Below, piece by piece: positions 62,406 through 64,000 of a stretch of 64,000 bases of DNA (the stretch's first letter is position 1; each line of letters opens with the position of its first letter). The stretch is taken from contig CAZSKK010000002.1 in the NCBI GenBank assembly GCA_964607415.1, positions 73,991-137,990 on the forward strand, given 5' to 3'. The position numbers and the translations under genes were made by a program. Below the pieces are notes generated by a model. It saw only the letters and a list, made by a program, of their open reading frames with translations. It ran no database searches and had not been told where the DNA came from. Source of the stretch: an uncultured Candidatus Saccharibacteria bacterium (GTDB lineage: Bacteria; Patescibacteriota; Dojkabacteria; J137).

Positions 62406-64000
62406 CTAACGCTGAACCAGGTTTCCATTTCTATCATAACTCTGCCCTGCCCATTTGCTGAGTTTATCTTCCACAACAAGCCTTGGCTGGGCGTAAGTTT
62501 TTCGGGACATATCTTTTATTTGATTTTTAAGGCCAAAATTTTCAAACTTTGCTGGCAGCGAAATTGCAGTAAACGGTTTGGTTTGTGTTCCGTCAATAGT
62601 CATTTTTAGAACAATTCTAAATCGCTCAAGGTTTACCAAATCTTCTCCTGTTAAATAAGGTGAATACTCTTTTTCCAATCGATTTGCGTCTTTTGGTCCA
62701 ACAACAAAGTTAATCATTGTTCCAACATTTCCAAAGATTGCATCTTGAATATTTCTATCAAGTTGATCAATATATTGATGTGCTACAACTAAATTTAGAC
62801 CATATTTTCTGGCTTCAGATAGGATTTTTACAAAAGTTTCTGTAGAAAAGTTTTGAAATTCATCAACGTATAAATAAAAATCTCGTCTTTCATTTTCAGG
62901 CATTTTGGCCCGCTGCATTGCATTTGTGTAAAGCCTTGTAATTAACATTCCACCTAAAAGCATGCTATTCTCCTCTCCAATTTTTCCTTGAGATAGATTA
63001 ATCAAAATGATTTTTCCTGAGTTCATTGCTTCCTGCAAATCAACAGTAGATTTAACTTGGCCAATCATATTTCTAATCATTGAAGAGCTTAAAAATCTTC
63101 CCACTTTATTTTGAATTGGCGATAGTGTATCCGAAAGCAATTTTTGATTTTTCGCCATTTCGGCAAATTCAACATTCCAGAATTTTAGTAAAAACGGATC
63201 TTTTACTTGTTTTAATAAAAATCTTCTATAATTCTCGTCAGTTAAAATCCTTTGCACAGCAACTAAAGAAACATTTTGGCAATTTAGCAAAGTTAAAATT
63301 GTTGTAGTTAAAATATATTGAAGCCTTGGTCCCCACGATTCGCCAAAAAGCCTTTTGAAAGCTGTAACAATTCCATCTGCCAGAAGTTCCTTTGACTCAC
63401 CTTCTTTTAAGTCCAGCATGTTTAGTGCTACAGGAAAGTCGGTATCCGATGGATCAATATAAATTACGTCTTTCATTCTGTGTTCTGGAATATAGTTTAG
63501 AAGTTCTTCAACCGCATCCCCATGTGGATCAATAAATGCAAGTCCTTCACCGCTCAAAATATCACCGTAAATCATATTTTTTAACATTACAGATTTTCCA
63601 GCTCCTGTTTTTCCAACAACATACATATGCCTTCGTCTATCTTCTTTTTTAATTCCAAAAGGTGTATGTATGCTTCTAAAATCGGTTACGGCAAAAAGTC
63701 TTGCGTTTTCAGTTGGTAGGTCCAAAGGCATCTCAAGCTTACGGGAGTTTGCCCAATTGATTTTTGGCGTTTGTACAGATTCGTTTGGAAGGTGATAAAT
63801 TGATGCAACTTCTTCAATATTTAAAATTCCTGTTTCAAATTCGTTTAAAAATCTTTCGGAAAATTTGTGCTTTAAATCTAGTTTTTGATTTTGCCTTTGA
63901 CCTTTAATGCTATCTTTAATCATATTTGATTTTAACTTTGTACTTCTTTGCGAAAACGAATTTAGTTCAACCGCATCAAACTGTTTTAAAGACGCCAGGC
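62406..64000 (-). CDS. Second VirD4/TraD-like coupling ATPase (5' end beyond window)
   Basis: RHMYVVGKTGAGKS, FIDPHG, LYVDEFQNF, SEARKY; frame stays open from 63923 to the window edge. Confidence 0.88.
   Translation of the reverse strand, partial: LASLKQFDAVELNSFSQRSTKLKSNMIKDSIKGQRQNQKLDLKHKFSERFLNEFETGILNIEEVASIYHLPNESVQTPKINWANSRKLEMPLDLPTENARLFAVTDFRSIHTPFGIKKEDRRRHMYVVGKTGAGKSVMLKNMIYGDILSGEGLAFIDPHGDAVEELLNYIPEHRMKDVIYIDPSDTDFPVALNMLDLKEGESKELLADGIVTAFKRLFGESWGPRLQYILTTTILTLLNCQNVSLVAVQRILTDENYRRFLLKQVKDPFLLKFWNVEFAEMAKNQKLLSDTLSPIQNKVGRFLSSSMIRNMIGQVKSTVDLQEAMNSGKIILINLSQGKIGEENSMLLGGMLITRLYTNAMQRAKMPENERRDFYLYVDEFQNFSTETFVKILSEARKYGLNLVVAHQYIDQLDRNIQDAIFGNVGTMINFVVGPKDANRLEKEYSPYLTGEDLVNLERFRIVLKMTIDGTQTKPFTAISLPAKFENFGLKNQIKDMSRKTYAQPRLVVEDKLSKWAGQSYDRNGNLVQR

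Overview
AT-rich chromosomal window from a Candidate Phyla Radiation (Patescibacteria) bacterium. The lineage is inferred from the gene set and 16S signatures; Dojkabacteria/WS6-like is a guess. It uses genetic code 11. Most of the window is housekeeping: topA, dprA, PBP2, two mreB paralogs, rpmB, comEA with a split comEC, rpmG-tRNA-Trp-secE-nusG-rplKAJL, a 7TM/ATP-grasp/RimK peptide-ligase operon, ndk, rho, clpC, rpsA, one complete rRNA operon, polA, ftsH, a Xer-like recombinase and smpB. The last 20 kb is a co-oriented surface/secretion tract with two VirD4/TraD-like ATPases, a membrane-anchored Clp ATPase and six tandem pilin-like genes. The most unusual signals are non-coding. (1) Two intact tRNA genes, Met(CAT) and Ile(TAT), each sit between inverted repeats inside the anticodon loop of a decayed copy of the same tRNA. 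Related decayed copies follow tRNA-Arg and the 5S rRNA 3' end, and most of these relics are interrupted by small hairpin elements. (2) There is a dispersed hairpin family with fixed geometry and covarying stems. (3) A promoter-driven rod-shaped RNA of about 135 nt with 6S-like architecture lies upstream of rho. (4) The translation parts are unusual: tRNA-Ile(UAU), tRNA-Tyr with C1:G72, and an altered anti-Shine-Dalgarno. No CRISPR array, transposase or prophage was seen. All calls come from reading the sequence by eye; no searches were run.
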